Below the pieces are notes generated by a model. That model was not told the origin of the DNA. It saw nothing but the letters and a program-made list of their open reading frames with translations, and did no database searches. A stretch of DNA of 64,000 nt from Gemmatimonadota bacterium (GTDB lineage Bacteria; Gemmatimonadota; Gemmatimonadetes; Palauibacterales; Palauibacteraceae): NCBI GenBank assembly GCA_965116475.1, contig OZ220691.1:2112001-2176000 (forward strand), in the 5' to 3' direction. Positions 26,633 to 35,603 of the stretch are shown piece by piece; position 1 is the first letter of the stretch, and each line of letters starts with the position of its first letter. Position numbers and translations under genes: made by a program.

Positions 26633-27528
26633 GCGAGCGCGCGCGTGAACAGTTCGACCGAGGCGTCGATCGCCTCTTCGAGCTCCGGCGTCGTCCCCGC
26701 GAACGGGTGTCCGGCCTGAAACGTATGCGTACCTCCTTCTACCCCGACGAGCCGCGCGAGGTCGCCTGCCGCGTCGGCGATCCGCCAGGCGTCGCTGAAG
26801 GGCACGGACTCATCGCCCGTCCCGTGCACCACGGTGACCGGAATCCGCAGGCTCGCGGCGCTGGCGAGCACGTCGAGGCGGTCCCGGTTCGCGCGCATGT
26901 CGTCGAGCACATTCCGCTCGAGCGGCATGTCCTGCTTCGTGCGGGCGTTCGGGATGATCACGGTTTCCCCGGCGTCCCACCGGTCGGCGTAGCTCTCGTA
27001 GCGCGTGACCGAGGAGATCGAGGCCCACGTGACGAGCGCCCGGACCTGCGACCGCAGACCCGCCTTCAGGATGCAGGTGGCGCCGCCCCGGCTGTGTCCG
27101 AGCAGGCCGAAGCGCGTGGCGGACGGGACATCGAGGTCGCCGAGCCGGCCCGTCGCGAGTCCATCGAGGATGGCCTCCAGGTCCCACAGTTCGCGGGAGA
27201 AGGTGTTGTGGCTGAAGGCCTCCAGATCATCGAAGTCCGCGTCGCGCACGCCGGAGCCGTCGAAGTTGAAGGAGACGACGGGGATCCCGGTCCGCTCGGC
27301 GAGTCGTTCGCAGAGGTAGGGAAAGAACCCCCAGTCCCTGAACCCCTTGAAGCCGTGGCAGACGACGATCGCCGCGTCGCTCGAGGGGGAAGCGTCTTCC
27401 GCGGGAGAGGCGCCGTCGGCGGGAGCAGCAGTCGCCCAGTAGTCGCCGCGGAGGTCCGCGCCGGGCGGCGCGAGGCGGAACGGGGTGCGCGTCACGGTCG
27501 CCATTGCGTCTTCAGCGCCAGCCTTCAT
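26629..27528 (-). CDS. Alpha/beta hydrolase
   Basis: CHGFKGFRDWG, GHSRGG, HGTGDESV and GTHTF motifs. Confidence 0.9.
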   Translation of the reverse strand: MKAGAEDAMATVTRTPFRLAPPGADLRGDYWATAAPADGASPAEDASPSSDAAIVVCHGFKGFRDWGFFPYLCERLAERTGIPVVSFNFDGSGVRDADFDDLEAFSHNTFSRELWDLEAILDGLATGRLGDLDVPSATRFGLLGHSRGGATCILKAGLRSQVRALVTWASISSVTRYESYADRWDAGETVIIPNARTKQDMPLERNVLDDMRANRDRLDVLASAASLRIPVTVVHGTGDESVPFSDAWRIADAAGDLARLVGVEGGTHTFQAGHPFAGTTPELEEAIDASVELFTRALA

Positions 27529-28115
27529 CCCGCTTCACCCCGCTGCCGCTGCGGTAGCCACATCGCGTCCTCGCGGCCGGCGCGGCGGTTCGCGGCCCGG
27601 GCGAGGGTGAACAGCAGGTCGGAGAGACGGTTGATGTAGGGGACGACGACTTCTCCGAGATCGGGCTGGCCATCGAGGAGAGCCGTGACGCCCCGTTCGG
27701 CCCGCCGACAGACGGTGCGCGCCACGTGCAACTGCGCGGCGAGGGGCGACCCGCCGGGCAGAACGAAGGCCTCGAGCGCGGGAAGCTCGGCGTCCAGCGC
27801 GTCGATCCACGCCTCGAGCGCGTCGATCCGGCCGGCGGAGAGCGTGGGAATCGTGCCCTTGCGCAGCAACCGATCGGGATTGGCGGCGGCGAGGCGGGCC
27901 CCGATCGTGAACAGGTCCTCCTGGACGGCTCGAAGCGCGGGCCCGGACTCGCCGAGCGTCGCACTTTCCGGATCGAGGGCGAGCGCCACCCCGACCGCGG
28001 CGTTGAGTTCATCGACGGTGCCGTATGCCGCGACCCGCGCGTCGTCCTTCGGGACCCGCGCGCCGCCGAGGAGCGTCGTCTCTCCTCCGTCCCCGCCTTT
28101 GGTGTATATCTTCAA
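27525..28115 (-). CDS. pduO: PduO-type cob(I)alamin adenosyltransferase
   Basis: KIYTKGGDGGET, YGTVDELN, ARTVCRRAER and YINRLSDLLF; TTG start. Confidence 0.95.
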   Translation of the reverse strand: MKIYTKGGDGGETTLLGGARVPKDDARVAAYGTVDELNAAVGVALALDPESATLGESGPALRAVQEDLFTIGARLAAANPDRLLRKGTIPTLSAGRIDALEAWIDALDAELPALEAFVLPGGSPLAAQLHVARTVCRRAERGVTALLDGQPDLGEVVVPYINRLSDLLFTLARAANRRAGREDAMWLPQRQRGEAG

Positions 28116-28271
28116 TTCTTCAATCGGGTTTGGCCGTAATCGGATTTGGCCGCATGCCGCGCGTCGAGCGCCACGCTGATGGGCGAACCCTGGTGGCGAA
28201 CCTTAGTGGGCGAACCTTAACAGCCCGCGCCGAAACGCCGCCACCGCGCGGCGCCAACAAGGAGTCGAAAC

Positions 28272-30050
28272 GTGACGATCGACGGAACCGACCTCCGGCC
28301 CGCGGATGTTCAGTCTCGGAGGGCCTTCATCGCCACGGCGGCGGCCGGGGTGGGCGCCGTGGCGGCGGGATCGCTCGGGGCGTGCCGTCCGGAGGCCGAG
28401 GAGATGGCCGCGAGCGCACCGGACAACGGGTCACGGGACGCCGGGGGCGGGATCGTCGTGGCGCGCGGGCCGATCGCGGTGGAGGCCGGGGTCGGGGCCC
28501 TCAGGCGCGGCGGCAATGCGATCGATGCGGCCATCGCGACGGCGTTCGCGCAGTTCATCACGACGCCGTTCTCGGCCGGGGTGGGCGGCTTCGGCTGCAT
28601 GGTCGTGTACGACGCGAGCACGCGGCGCGCCACGTCCATCGACTTCCACGGACGCGCGGGGAGCAGGGCCACGCCCGATATCTACCGCAGCGCGCTCGAG
28701 GGGCGGATCTACGGACACGCGGATCGCTGGAAGGTGCGCGGCGACATCAACCAGATCGGCTACAAGTCGGTCGTCACGCCGGGCACGATCGCCGGCCTGT
28801 GGGAGGCGTGGACCCGCTTCGGGACCCGGCCGTGGGCCGAACTGGTGGAGCCGGCGATCCGGCTCGCGTACGACGGGTTCGAGATCCCCGGCGCCCTCGC
28901 GCGCGGCTTCACGACGCGGACGGAGTCATCCTCGGGCGTGGTACCGTTCTTCACCAAGGTCCGGACCACGGAGGCCTCGGCGCGCATCTTCCTCAACGAC
29001 GGCGTGCCGTGGCGGGCGGGGGAGCGGCTCGTGCAGCGCGACTACGGCCGCACGCTCGAACTCATCGCCGAGGGTGGCGCGGACGTGGTCTACCGCGGGG
29101 AGATCGCCGAACGCATCGCCGCGGACTTCGAGCGCAACGGGGGTCTCCTCACGCTGGCCGACCTCGAGGCGTACACGCCCGACGTCTACGACCCGGTGCA
29201 CGGCACGTACCGGGGACACGACGTGTTCTCGAACGCCCTGCCGGGCAGCGGCGCCCAGGTCATCGAGATCCTGAACCTCCTCGAGGGCTACGACGTTCCG
29301 GGTCTCGAACACGGCAAGGCGGAGCACGTCGAACTCCTCGGCCGCGCCCAGATCCTCTCCTTCATCGACCGGCGCCGGTACCACGGCGACCCGAAGTTCA
29401 TCGACGACCCGACGGACATCCTCGTGTCGAAGGATCGCGCCGCCGAACTGAGGGGCTTCATCGACCGCCGCGAACTCCCCCCCGATGTCGTCGAGGAGCC
29501 GCCGGAGGGACCCGATACGACGCACCTCTCGACGGCCGACCGGGCCGGGAACTGCGTGGCGCTCACGCACACGCTCGGCTCCGCTTCCGGGGTCGTCACC
29601 GAAGGCCTCGGCTTCACGTGGAACAATTGCATGTTCCAGTTCAACCCGGTCGCCGGACGGCCGAACAGCATCGAACCCGGCAAGGCGCGCATCACGGGGA
29701 TCTCGCCAGCGATCGTGCTGCGGGACGGGCAGCCGATTCTGGTCACGGGCGCGGCGGGCGGCACCCGCATTCTCGGCGCCGTGCAGCACACGATCAGCAA
29801 CACCGTCGACTTCGACATGTCCGCGCTGGAAGCCGTCTCCGTCCCCCGCTGGCACTGGGAGGATCACCTGCTGGAGCTGGAGCCGCAGCTCTACCATCAC
29901 TTGAAGGAACAGCTGGAGGGACGCGGCCTGGAGGTCGCGAACGACGCCTTCGTCGCGCAGCTCCACGCGGTCGGCATCGACCCGGACACCGGCCGGCTCG
30001 CGGGGGGACCGGACCCGCGCGGCTGGGGCGGAGGATCGGCTACGGCATAG
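28272..30050 (+). CDS. ggt: Gamma-glutamyltransferase family protein (Tat lipoprotein)
   Basis: SRRAFI Tat motif plus LGAC; GGNAIDAAIA, catalytic DTTHLS, GAAGG and DPR motifs. Confidence 0.92.
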   Translation: MTIDGTDLRPADVQSRRAFIATAAAGVGAVAAGSLGACRPEAEEMAASAPDNGSRDAGGGIVVARGPIAVEAGVGALRRGGNAIDAAIATAFAQFITTPFSAGVGGFGCMVVYDASTRRATSIDFHGRAGSRATPDIYRSALEGRIYGHADRWKVRGDINQIGYKSVVTPGTIAGLWEAWTRFGTRPWAELVEPAIRLAYDGFEIPGALARGFTTRTESSSGVVPFFTKVRTTEASARIFLNDGVPWRAGERLVQRDYGRTLELIAEGGADVVYRGEIAERIAADFERNGGLLTLADLEAYTPDVYDPVHGTYRGHDVFSNALPGSGAQVIEILNLLEGYDVPGLEHGKAEHVELLGRAQILSFIDRRRYHGDPKFIDDPTDILVSKDRAAELRGFIDRRELPPDVVEEPPEGPDTTHLSTADRAGNCVALTHTLGSASGVVTEGLGFTWNNCMFQFNPVAGRPNSIEPGKARITGISPAIVLRDGQPILVTGAAGGTRILGAVQHTISNTVDFDMSALEAVSVPRWHWEDHLLELEPQLYHHLKEQLEGRGLEVANDAFVAQLHAVGIDPDTGRLAGGPDPRGWGGGSATA

Positions 30051-30109
30051 CCCCCTGCGCCCCCGGCTTGAAGCCGCGGGCCGGAGCCCCGCCGGAAGTC
30101 GTTTCGAGG

Positions 30110-30138
30110 TTGACACCTCCCGCACGCGTTTGTATCCT
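30110..30138 (+). promoter_or_regulatory. Sigma70 promoter of the tRNA cluster
   Basis: TTGACA-17 bp-TATCCT followed by a GC-rich discriminator, 11 nt before the tRNA. Confidence 0.8.
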
Positions 30139-30149
30139 GCGGGTCGCGC

Positions 30150-30223
<74 letters not shown>

Positions 30224-30228
30224 TCTCT

Positions 30229-30264
30229 CGCCTCGCCTCGCAAAGCTGCGGGGCGAGGCGTTTT
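30229..30264 (+). terminator. Intrinsic terminator-like hairpin after tRNA-fMet
   Basis: 14-bp stem cgcctcgcctcgca/tgcggggcgaggcg, 4-nt loop, followed by TTTT. Confidence 0.55.
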
Positions 30265-30309
30265 GCTCTCCGATCCGTTTTGCGGAACGCTTGCGGGACG
30301 GGAGTACGA

Positions 30310-30382
30310 TCCGGGGTAGCTCAGTGGCCAGAGCGGGTGGCTGTTAACCACTAGGTCGTGGGTTCGAATCCCACCCCCGGAG
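30310..30382 (+). tRNA. tRNA-Asn(GTT)
   Basis: TCCGGGG/CCCCGGA acceptor stem, anticodon loop CT-GTT-AA, TTCGAAT. Confidence 0.95.
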
Positions 30383-30417
30383 TAGGACAGCAGGGCTCTT
30401 GCCACGGGCTGTCAAAG

Positions 30418-30490
30418 GGCTGGGTAGCTCAGGCGGTAGAGCACGGCGCTGAAAACGCCGGTGTCGGCGGTTCGACTCCGCCCCCAGCCA
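30418..30490 (+). tRNA. tRNA-Phe(GAA)
   Basis: GGCTGGG/CCCAGCC acceptor stem, CT-GAA-AA loop. Confidence 0.95.
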
Positions 30491-30533
30491 TTTTGCCACG
30501 GGCCGCCAATGGCCGGTTCGCGGGAAGCGGCAA

Positions 30534-30606
30534 AGGGGCGTAGCTCAATTGGTAGAGCACCGGTCTCCAAAACCGGCGGTTGGGGGTTCGAGTCCCTCCG
30601 CCCCTG
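30534..30606 (+). tRNA. tRNA-Trp(CCA)
   Basis: AGGGGCG/CGCCCCT acceptor stem, CT-CCA-AA loop. Confidence 0.95.
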
Positions 30607-30609
30607 TCG

Positions 30610-30681
<72 letters not shown>

Positions 30682-30706
30682 TGGAGCAGCTGGAACGGGA
30701 TGGCGG

Positions 30707-30781
30707 GCGCCCGTAGCTCAGTTGGATCAGAGCACCGGCCTTCTAAGCCGGGGGTCCCAGGTTCGAGTCCTGGCGGGCGCG
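30707..30781 (+). tRNA. tRNA-Arg(TCT)
   Basis: GCGCCCG/CGGGCGC acceptor stem, CT-TCT-AA loop. Confidence 0.95.
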
Positions 30782-30827
30782 TGGCAGTCAGGCGACAACG
30801 GACGACATTCGGACGACAGCGGCACGA

Positions 30828-30899
30828 GCCCCCATCGTCCAACGGCTAGGACACCACTCTTTCAAGGTGGAGATAGGGGTTCGATTCCCCTTGGGGGTA
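30828..30899 (+). tRNA. tRNA-Glu(TTC)
   Basis: GCCCCCA/TGGGGGT acceptor stem, CT-TTC-AA loop. Confidence 0.95.
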
Positions 30900-30917
30900 T
30901 GGACGGAGTTGAAGCGC

Positions 30918-30990
30918 GGGGCCGTAGCTCAGCTGGGAGAGCGCTGCAATGGCATTGCAGAGGTCAGGGGTTCGAATCCCCTCGGCTCCA
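30918..30990 (+). tRNA. tRNA-Ala(GGC)
   Basis: GGGGCCG/CGGCTCC acceptor stem with G3:U70, AT-GGC-AT loop. Confidence 0.95.
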
Positions 30991-31050
30991 CTTCGCGGCT
31001 GGAGCGCGACTTGCGGGCGCGAGTCCGTGAACCAGCTTGTGACGTCGTAC

Positions 31051-31123
<73 letters not shown>

Positions 31124-31140
31124 CTTCCCCCGCCTTACTT

Positions 31141-32241
31141 CTACCGGTTGTCGCCGCGCTCCTCCGCGCGGGCGCCGCGCAGGATGTTCTCCAGCGCGTA
31201 GTTCGCCTCGTGGCAGGCGTATTCGTAGAGGAGGTCGTCCATCCTTACGAACGGGACTTCGCCGCCCCACGGGTTCTCCCACGTGTCCGGGTCGTCGATC
31301 AGGAACTCGTAGTTGATCGTGTTCGCGTCCACGCGCGTGAGCCGTTCCGTGATCTTCATGTTCGGGCTCGCGCCGAAGAACTCGCGGTAGGCGGTGAGCT
31401 GCTGCGGGTTGAGCTTCGTCGTCTCGATGACGAGGGTGTCGTCCTCCCACCAGCCGCGCGAATCCCCGAACCAGGGCCGGATCGCGTCCGGGAACGACGG
31501 CGGGGCGCCGGCGCCGCCGGCCTCCCGGGCCTCGCCGGAGCCGGGAGCGACGCCGATCGGGATGATGCGCGCGTCGTGCACCATTTCCGTCATGACCATG
31601 ACGTGGTCCGGCGTCTGCACGATGGTGTAGTTGTTGTTGTAGAAGTAGTTGGGGAGCATGGGCGGGCCGGCGTTGGACCCGAACGAGACGATGCAGCGCT
31701 CGGACAGCGGCCGGTTCTCGGGGTTGTCGTACTCGCCGTGGCGGCCGCGGGCGGCCATGAGCTGGCCGAGCCGCTGCTGCGCCTCGGCGGTGCGCGCGGG
31801 GATGCGGCCGTCCTCCGGGATCGTGAGGAGGGAACTGCGGGGCTCGCCGTTCACCACGGCGACCTGATCTCCCCGGTCCAGGTAGAAGAGGTTGTAGCCG
31901 CCCGTGCCGCCGGCCGCCGCCTCGAGGATGAAGTCGCAGCCGATGGCGATGCCGCCCTCCGCCGGCGCGTCACGGTCGGGATCGCTGGACCCCGAGTGGG
32001 CCTCGATGCACTCCTGCCGTCCGCCCTCGATCTGGGCGACCTGCTCGGGCGTGAGCACCGCCTCGAAGCCCTGCGGCCGCTCGATGGGCGTGATCGTCCC
32101 GTTCGTCCAGTTCCCCTGCAGGTCCGGCCGGCCGTCAGGCGTGCGCGGTACGCCCCCCTGGTCCTGCGCCCGCGCGACCGGGATCGACACCGCCGCGACC
32201 ACCGCCACCGCGACCGCGGCGCGAATCATCGTTACGTTCAT
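31141..32241 (-). CDS. Secreted conserved hypothetical protein
   Basis: Signal peptide; PRTPDGRPDLQGNW, GDSRGWWEDDTLVIET and YEYACHE blocks that I recognise from an uncharacterised family. Confidence 0.8.
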   Translation of the reverse strand: MNVTMIRAAVAVAVVAAVSIPVARAQDQGGVPRTPDGRPDLQGNWTNGTITPIERPQGFEAVLTPEQVAQIEGGRQECIEAHSGSSDPDRDAPAEGGIAIGCDFILEAAAGGTGGYNLFYLDRGDQVAVVNGEPRSSLLTIPEDGRIPARTAEAQQRLGQLMAARGRHGEYDNPENRPLSERCIVSFGSNAGPPMLPNYFYNNNYTIVQTPDHVMVMTEMVHDARIIPIGVAPGSGEAREAGGAGAPPSFPDAIRPWFGDSRGWWEDDTLVIETTKLNPQQLTAYREFFGASPNMKITERLTRVDANTINYEFLIDDPDTWENPWGGEVPFVRMDDLLYEYACHEANYALENILRGARAEERGDNR

Positions 32242-32350
32242 AGGAACTTCTCCTGCGGTTCAGCGTCTCACAGCGTCACTTTCTCATCATATGGCTCGTT
32301 GAGCGATGGTTCACGGGTTCCGGTGGCGATGTCACCGTTCGGCACCGACA

Positions 32351-32413
32351 TTGTGCTTCCGCTTCGAGGGCGGAGACGCGTACGACGTGGAGATCGTTGA
32401 CTACCATCGTTAA
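32351..32413 (+). pseudogene. higB: 3' remnant of HigB (RelE-like) toxin
   Basis: Reads LCFRFEGGDAYDVEIVDYHR*, the conserved HigB C-terminus, 14 nt before higA; upstream in-frame sequence is unrelated and has a stop at 32300. Confidence 0.8.
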
Positions 32414-32427
32414 GGGGCGACAGGGGA

Positions 32428-32721
32428 ATGGTTGAACTGGATCCGGTACACCCCGGCGAAGTCCTGAAACACGACTTCATGGAGCCGTTCGCGCTGTCGT
32501 CCAATGCTCTGGCCAAGGCAATCGGAGTGACTCCCGCACGAATCAACGAGATCGTCCGGGGTCGGCGCGGTATCACGGCGGAGACGGCGCTGCGACTCGC
32601 AAAATACTTCGGCACTGATGCCCAGAGTTGGATGAACCTGCAGGATCGGTACGAACTCAGGCTTGCCGAGCGAGCTGTTGCCGATGCGCTGGAAGCCATT
32701 CGCCCACGTGAAGTTGCGTAG
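32428..32721 (+). CDS. higA: HigA family addiction module antitoxin
   Basis: HPGEVL, HTH, ITAETALRLAKYFGT..WMNLQ. Confidence 0.95.
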   Translation: MVELDPVHPGEVLKHDFMEPFALSSNALAKAIGVTPARINEIVRGRRGITAETALRLAKYFGTDAQSWMNLQDRYELRLAERAVADALEAIRPREVA

Positions 32722-32750
32722 CAACCCTTCGTGAACCCCTGCGTCGCATC

Positions 32751-33341
32751 ATGACCGACGGCGAGCGCAGTCTCTTCTCGTCCCGCCGGGAGAGGCGCCT
32801 GTGGGTGTGGGCGCTGGCGGTGGTCGTGGCGATCTACGCGACGGCCGATCTCGCGCGAACGCTGGCCGACGCCCTGCGCGAGAGCGGGCTGCTCGAACTC
32901 ACCCCGACCATGTTCAGCGCCGGCATGCTCCTGATCGGGATCGCGATCCTGGTGCAGGGGCTGAGGGAGCGGTCGCGCGGCGTGGAGGTCGGCTTCGCGC
33001 TGGGCGTCGCGGGGATCGCGGTTATCGGACTCGCCCGCGGGATCGATGCCGCCGAGCGTTCGCATCTCATCGAGTACGCGGTGCTGGCGCTCATCATCCA
33101 CGAGGCCCTGGTGGAACGGAAGGCCCAGGGGTGGCGCGTCCCGGTGCCGGCCGTGCTGGCCATCGCGGCGACGACGGCAGTCGGCGTGGTGGACGAGTGC
33201 ATCCAGTTCTTCGTGCCCAGCCGTACGTTCGACCTGTTCGACATCGGCTTCGACCTGCTCGCGAGCGTGCTCGCGGTCGGCTCCAGCGTCTCCATCCGCT
33301 GGGTCCGCCGCTGGATCGGCAGGTTCCGCCCCCCGCAGTAG
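32751..33341 (+). CDS. VanZ family membrane protein
   Basis: HLIEYAVLA and DECIQFFVPSRTFDLFDI motifs. Confidence 0.85.
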   Translation: MTDGERSLFSSRRERRLWVWALAVVVAIYATADLARTLADALRESGLLELTPTMFSAGMLLIGIAILVQGLRERSRGVEVGFALGVAGIAVIGLARGIDAAERSHLIEYAVLALIIHEALVERKAQGWRVPVPAVLAIAATTAVGVVDECIQFFVPSRTFDLFDIGFDLLASVLAVGSSVSIRWVRRWIGRFRPPQ

Positions 33342-33387
33342 TCACTGCGGTTGCCCGGATCCGCAGCCGTCCCCGGGGCGTCGTCGA

Positions 33388-33801
33388 TCAGAATCTCGCG
33401 TCCACTGTCCGGACGTGTCCGGCCGCCCCGTAATCCAGCATCGCCCGGTCGGCCGTCATCAGCTGAGCCCCATGGTGGCGAGCGGTTGCTACGATCAGCC
33501 GGTCGGCAGGGTCACGCGTTAAGGTGCCCGGCAAGCGTACGCTCGCCACCGCGATCGCAGGTTCGATGGGCAGGAGCCGGAAGCCCGGCAGGTCCAGGAC
33601 GGCTTCGATCCACTCCACGACATCGCGGTCCAGACGCAACCGTCCCCGTTCGGCCAGGAGGGCGATCTCCCACGGGCTGATGGCGGACACGCCGACGAGC
33701 ATGGCTCGCCCATCGGCTTCGAGGGTGCGTGCCGCGGCGGAACCCAGTCTCGGATCCTCGTGGATGGCCCAGATCAGCACGTGAGTGTCGAGGACGATCA
33801 C
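33388..33801 (-). CDS. vapC: VapC (PIN domain) toxin
   Basis: VLDTHVLIW, SAISPWEI, DPADRLIVATA and LMTAD; GTGA overlap with the antitoxin. Confidence 0.93.
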   Translation of the reverse strand: MIVLDTHVLIWAIHEDPRLGSAAARTLEADGRAMLVGVSAISPWEIALLAERGRLRLDRDVVEWIEAVLDLPGFRLLPIEPAIAVASVRLPGTLTRDPADRLIVATARHHGAQLMTADRAMLDYGAAGHVRTVDARF

Positions 33802-34043
33802 CGCGCGGCATCCCATTCCTCCGGGTCGGCGGCCGGCGCAAACGGGTCATCGTACCCCAGCACGGAGCCCTTCAGCGCCCCAACGATCCGCGAGGTTCCA
33901 TCGTCGGGCGGGGGCACGGGCGACAGCAGTGCCACCGGCCGGCCGTGTTTCGTGATTGTGATCGGCTTCCGTTCCTCTCTCACCTGCGCGATGAGCTGCG
34001 CACACGTCTTGCGGAAAGCTGCGACGCCAACGGTCTTCCCCAT
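33798..34043 (-). CDS. Phd/YefM family antitoxin
   Basis: ITITKHGRPVALL motif; directly upstream of vapC. Confidence 0.92.
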   Translation of the reverse strand: MGKTVGVAAFRKTCAQLIAQVREERKPITITKHGRPVALLSPVPPPDDGTSRIVGALKGSVLGYDDPFAPAADPEEWDAAR

Positions 34044-34079
34044 TTCCAAGCCCCGAGTCCGAGTCCCATATTTTCAAGT

Positions 34080-34100
34080 ATGTACATAACTAGTGTACAT
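34080..34100. promoter_or_regulatory. Phd/YefM-type operator (two TGTACA palindromes, 13 bp apart)
   Basis: ATGTACAT-AACTA-GTGTACAT upstream of the antitoxin gene. Confidence 0.8.
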
Positions 34101-34247
34101 ACATTCAGGAGGCAAACCACAAGACCAATCTCCACGGGGGGTCTCGAAGGCCCCGCCACAAACGTTCTTTGGGGGAGACTCTCAACCAACTCTCAAGGAG
34201 ACCCGGGGGGGGCCGAACTGATGCGGCCGAGCACTGAACCTGGTGCC

Positions 34248-35450
34248 ATGAACCACGATTCCCGGATCCTCGTCGCGTTCTCGGCGGTCATCCTCGCGAC
34301 CGCGCTGATCGCCTGTGCACCGGAGCCGACTCTCCGAGGTGAGATCGACCTGACGATCGGGACCACCGATGGTGAGCCCGAATACCAGTTCCAGTCTGTC
34401 TCGGCGCTCACCCGGGACGCCGACGGCAGGATCTTTGTGGGTGATCGGCTCAAGGAGAACGTGCGGGTATACGACCCGGACGGGCGGTATCTGTTTCACC
34501 TCTTGCGTCCCGGTCGCGGTGGCGGGTCCACGTACCTGCGACCCAGTGGACTTCTGTTCGACCGCGATGGTCTCCTCTGGGTCAACGACATCGGTTCGTA
34601 CAGGGTATTCGACATCCTCGAGAACCGGGCGAATCAGGTGAGGGAGATCCCGCCACCCCGCGAGAGACGGGAGCTCCGGTCAAGACGGGGCACGCTTCTC
34701 GCGTCGGTGGCGGGGACCACGACTTCCGGAAACCCGATGTTCGCGGGCCCCACCGGCTTGATGCTGGCGACGGACAGTGCATCCGCCGACGAGCGCGATA
34801 ACCTGATCTGGCACCGGCAGCTCGTGACCGTGGGACCGGACGGCGATGTCCGCACGCGGGTCACGCTTCCCGAGCCGGATACCGCTGAAGCGAACTGGCG
34901 GGGTCTGGTCTACCGGGATCCGGACTCCGGGCTCAGGGAGAGCAAGGTTCAACCGCCCTTCGCCAGGCAGCAGATCCGGGCCCACGCGCCCGATGGTCGA
35001 TCCGCCTACGTCTACACCGGCGAATACCGGGTCCGGTTGTTCACGGAGGACGGTGACGAGTGGCGCGAGATCCGCCGGGATATCGCGGGCCCTCTGGTGA
35101 CCGAAGCCGAAGCCGAGCGCGAGCGCGAGCGGCTGGAGCGCATGAGGGCCGGCTTGGGAGAGAGACTCGTGGATTTTCCCGCCATCGAAGTGCCGGAGCG
35201 GAAGCCGCCGGTCGGGGACATGTGGTACGACGAGGACGGCCGGCTGTGGGTGCGCCTCGCCTGGGCGGAGGCGGACCCGTTCTTCAGGGCGCACGTCTAC
35301 GACCCGGAGGGAGAGCCGCTCTTCACCGCCGAGTGGCCGCAGGGAATCGATCTCTCCCTGGGCGGGGTGCGCGGGAACGTGGCGCTGGGCGTCCAGTGGA
35401 TGGACCGAGTAACCCCGCGTGTGGTACGGCTCCGTTTCTCCCCACCGTAG
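34248..35450 (+). CDS. 6-bladed beta-propeller (NHL-like) lipoprotein
   Basis: LIAC lipobox; repeats DADGRIFVGD, DRDGLLWVND, DEDGRLWV; start 34221 or 34248. Confidence 0.8.
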   Translation: MNHDSRILVAFSAVILATALIACAPEPTLRGEIDLTIGTTDGEPEYQFQSVSALTRDADGRIFVGDRLKENVRVYDPDGRYLFHLLRPGRGGGSTYLRPSGLLFDRDGLLWVNDIGSYRVFDILENRANQVREIPPPRERRELRSRRGTLLASVAGTTTSGNPMFAGPTGLMLATDSASADERDNLIWHRQLVTVGPDGDVRTRVTLPEPDTAEANWRGLVYRDPDSGLRESKVQPPFARQQIRAHAPDGRSAYVYTGEYRVRLFTEDGDEWREIRRDIAGPLVTEAEAERERERLERMRAGLGERLVDFPAIEVPERKPPVGDMWYDEDGRLWVRLAWAEADPFFRAHVYDPEGEPLFTAEWPQGIDLSLGGVRGNVALGVQWMDRVTPRVVRLRFSPP

Positions 35451-35603
35451 GCACAGAGCGTCCACTTTCCGCGTGGGGGGGCTCTTCGCGGGACGCCGCC
35501 AACGACGCCGCGCTTCTGATCGACCTCCTCCGGGCTCGGTGTGCCGAACGCGTCTCAGTCGTTACGATGCCTGTCTGCGGTCGACTCGAATCAGGAGGTT
35601 CTC

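Noticed and set aside
32308..32737. Short inverted repeat GGTTCACG/CGTGAACC flanking the higA region as IS-like ends
   Set aside because: Only 8 bp, no target duplication or transposase; compatible with chance
33333..34220. Stop-codon-anchored direct repeat around the first phd-vapC module
   Set aside because: CGCAGTAG from the vanZ end does not recur at the far boundary; only a local hairpin (33333-33350) is seen, so the pattern is not universal
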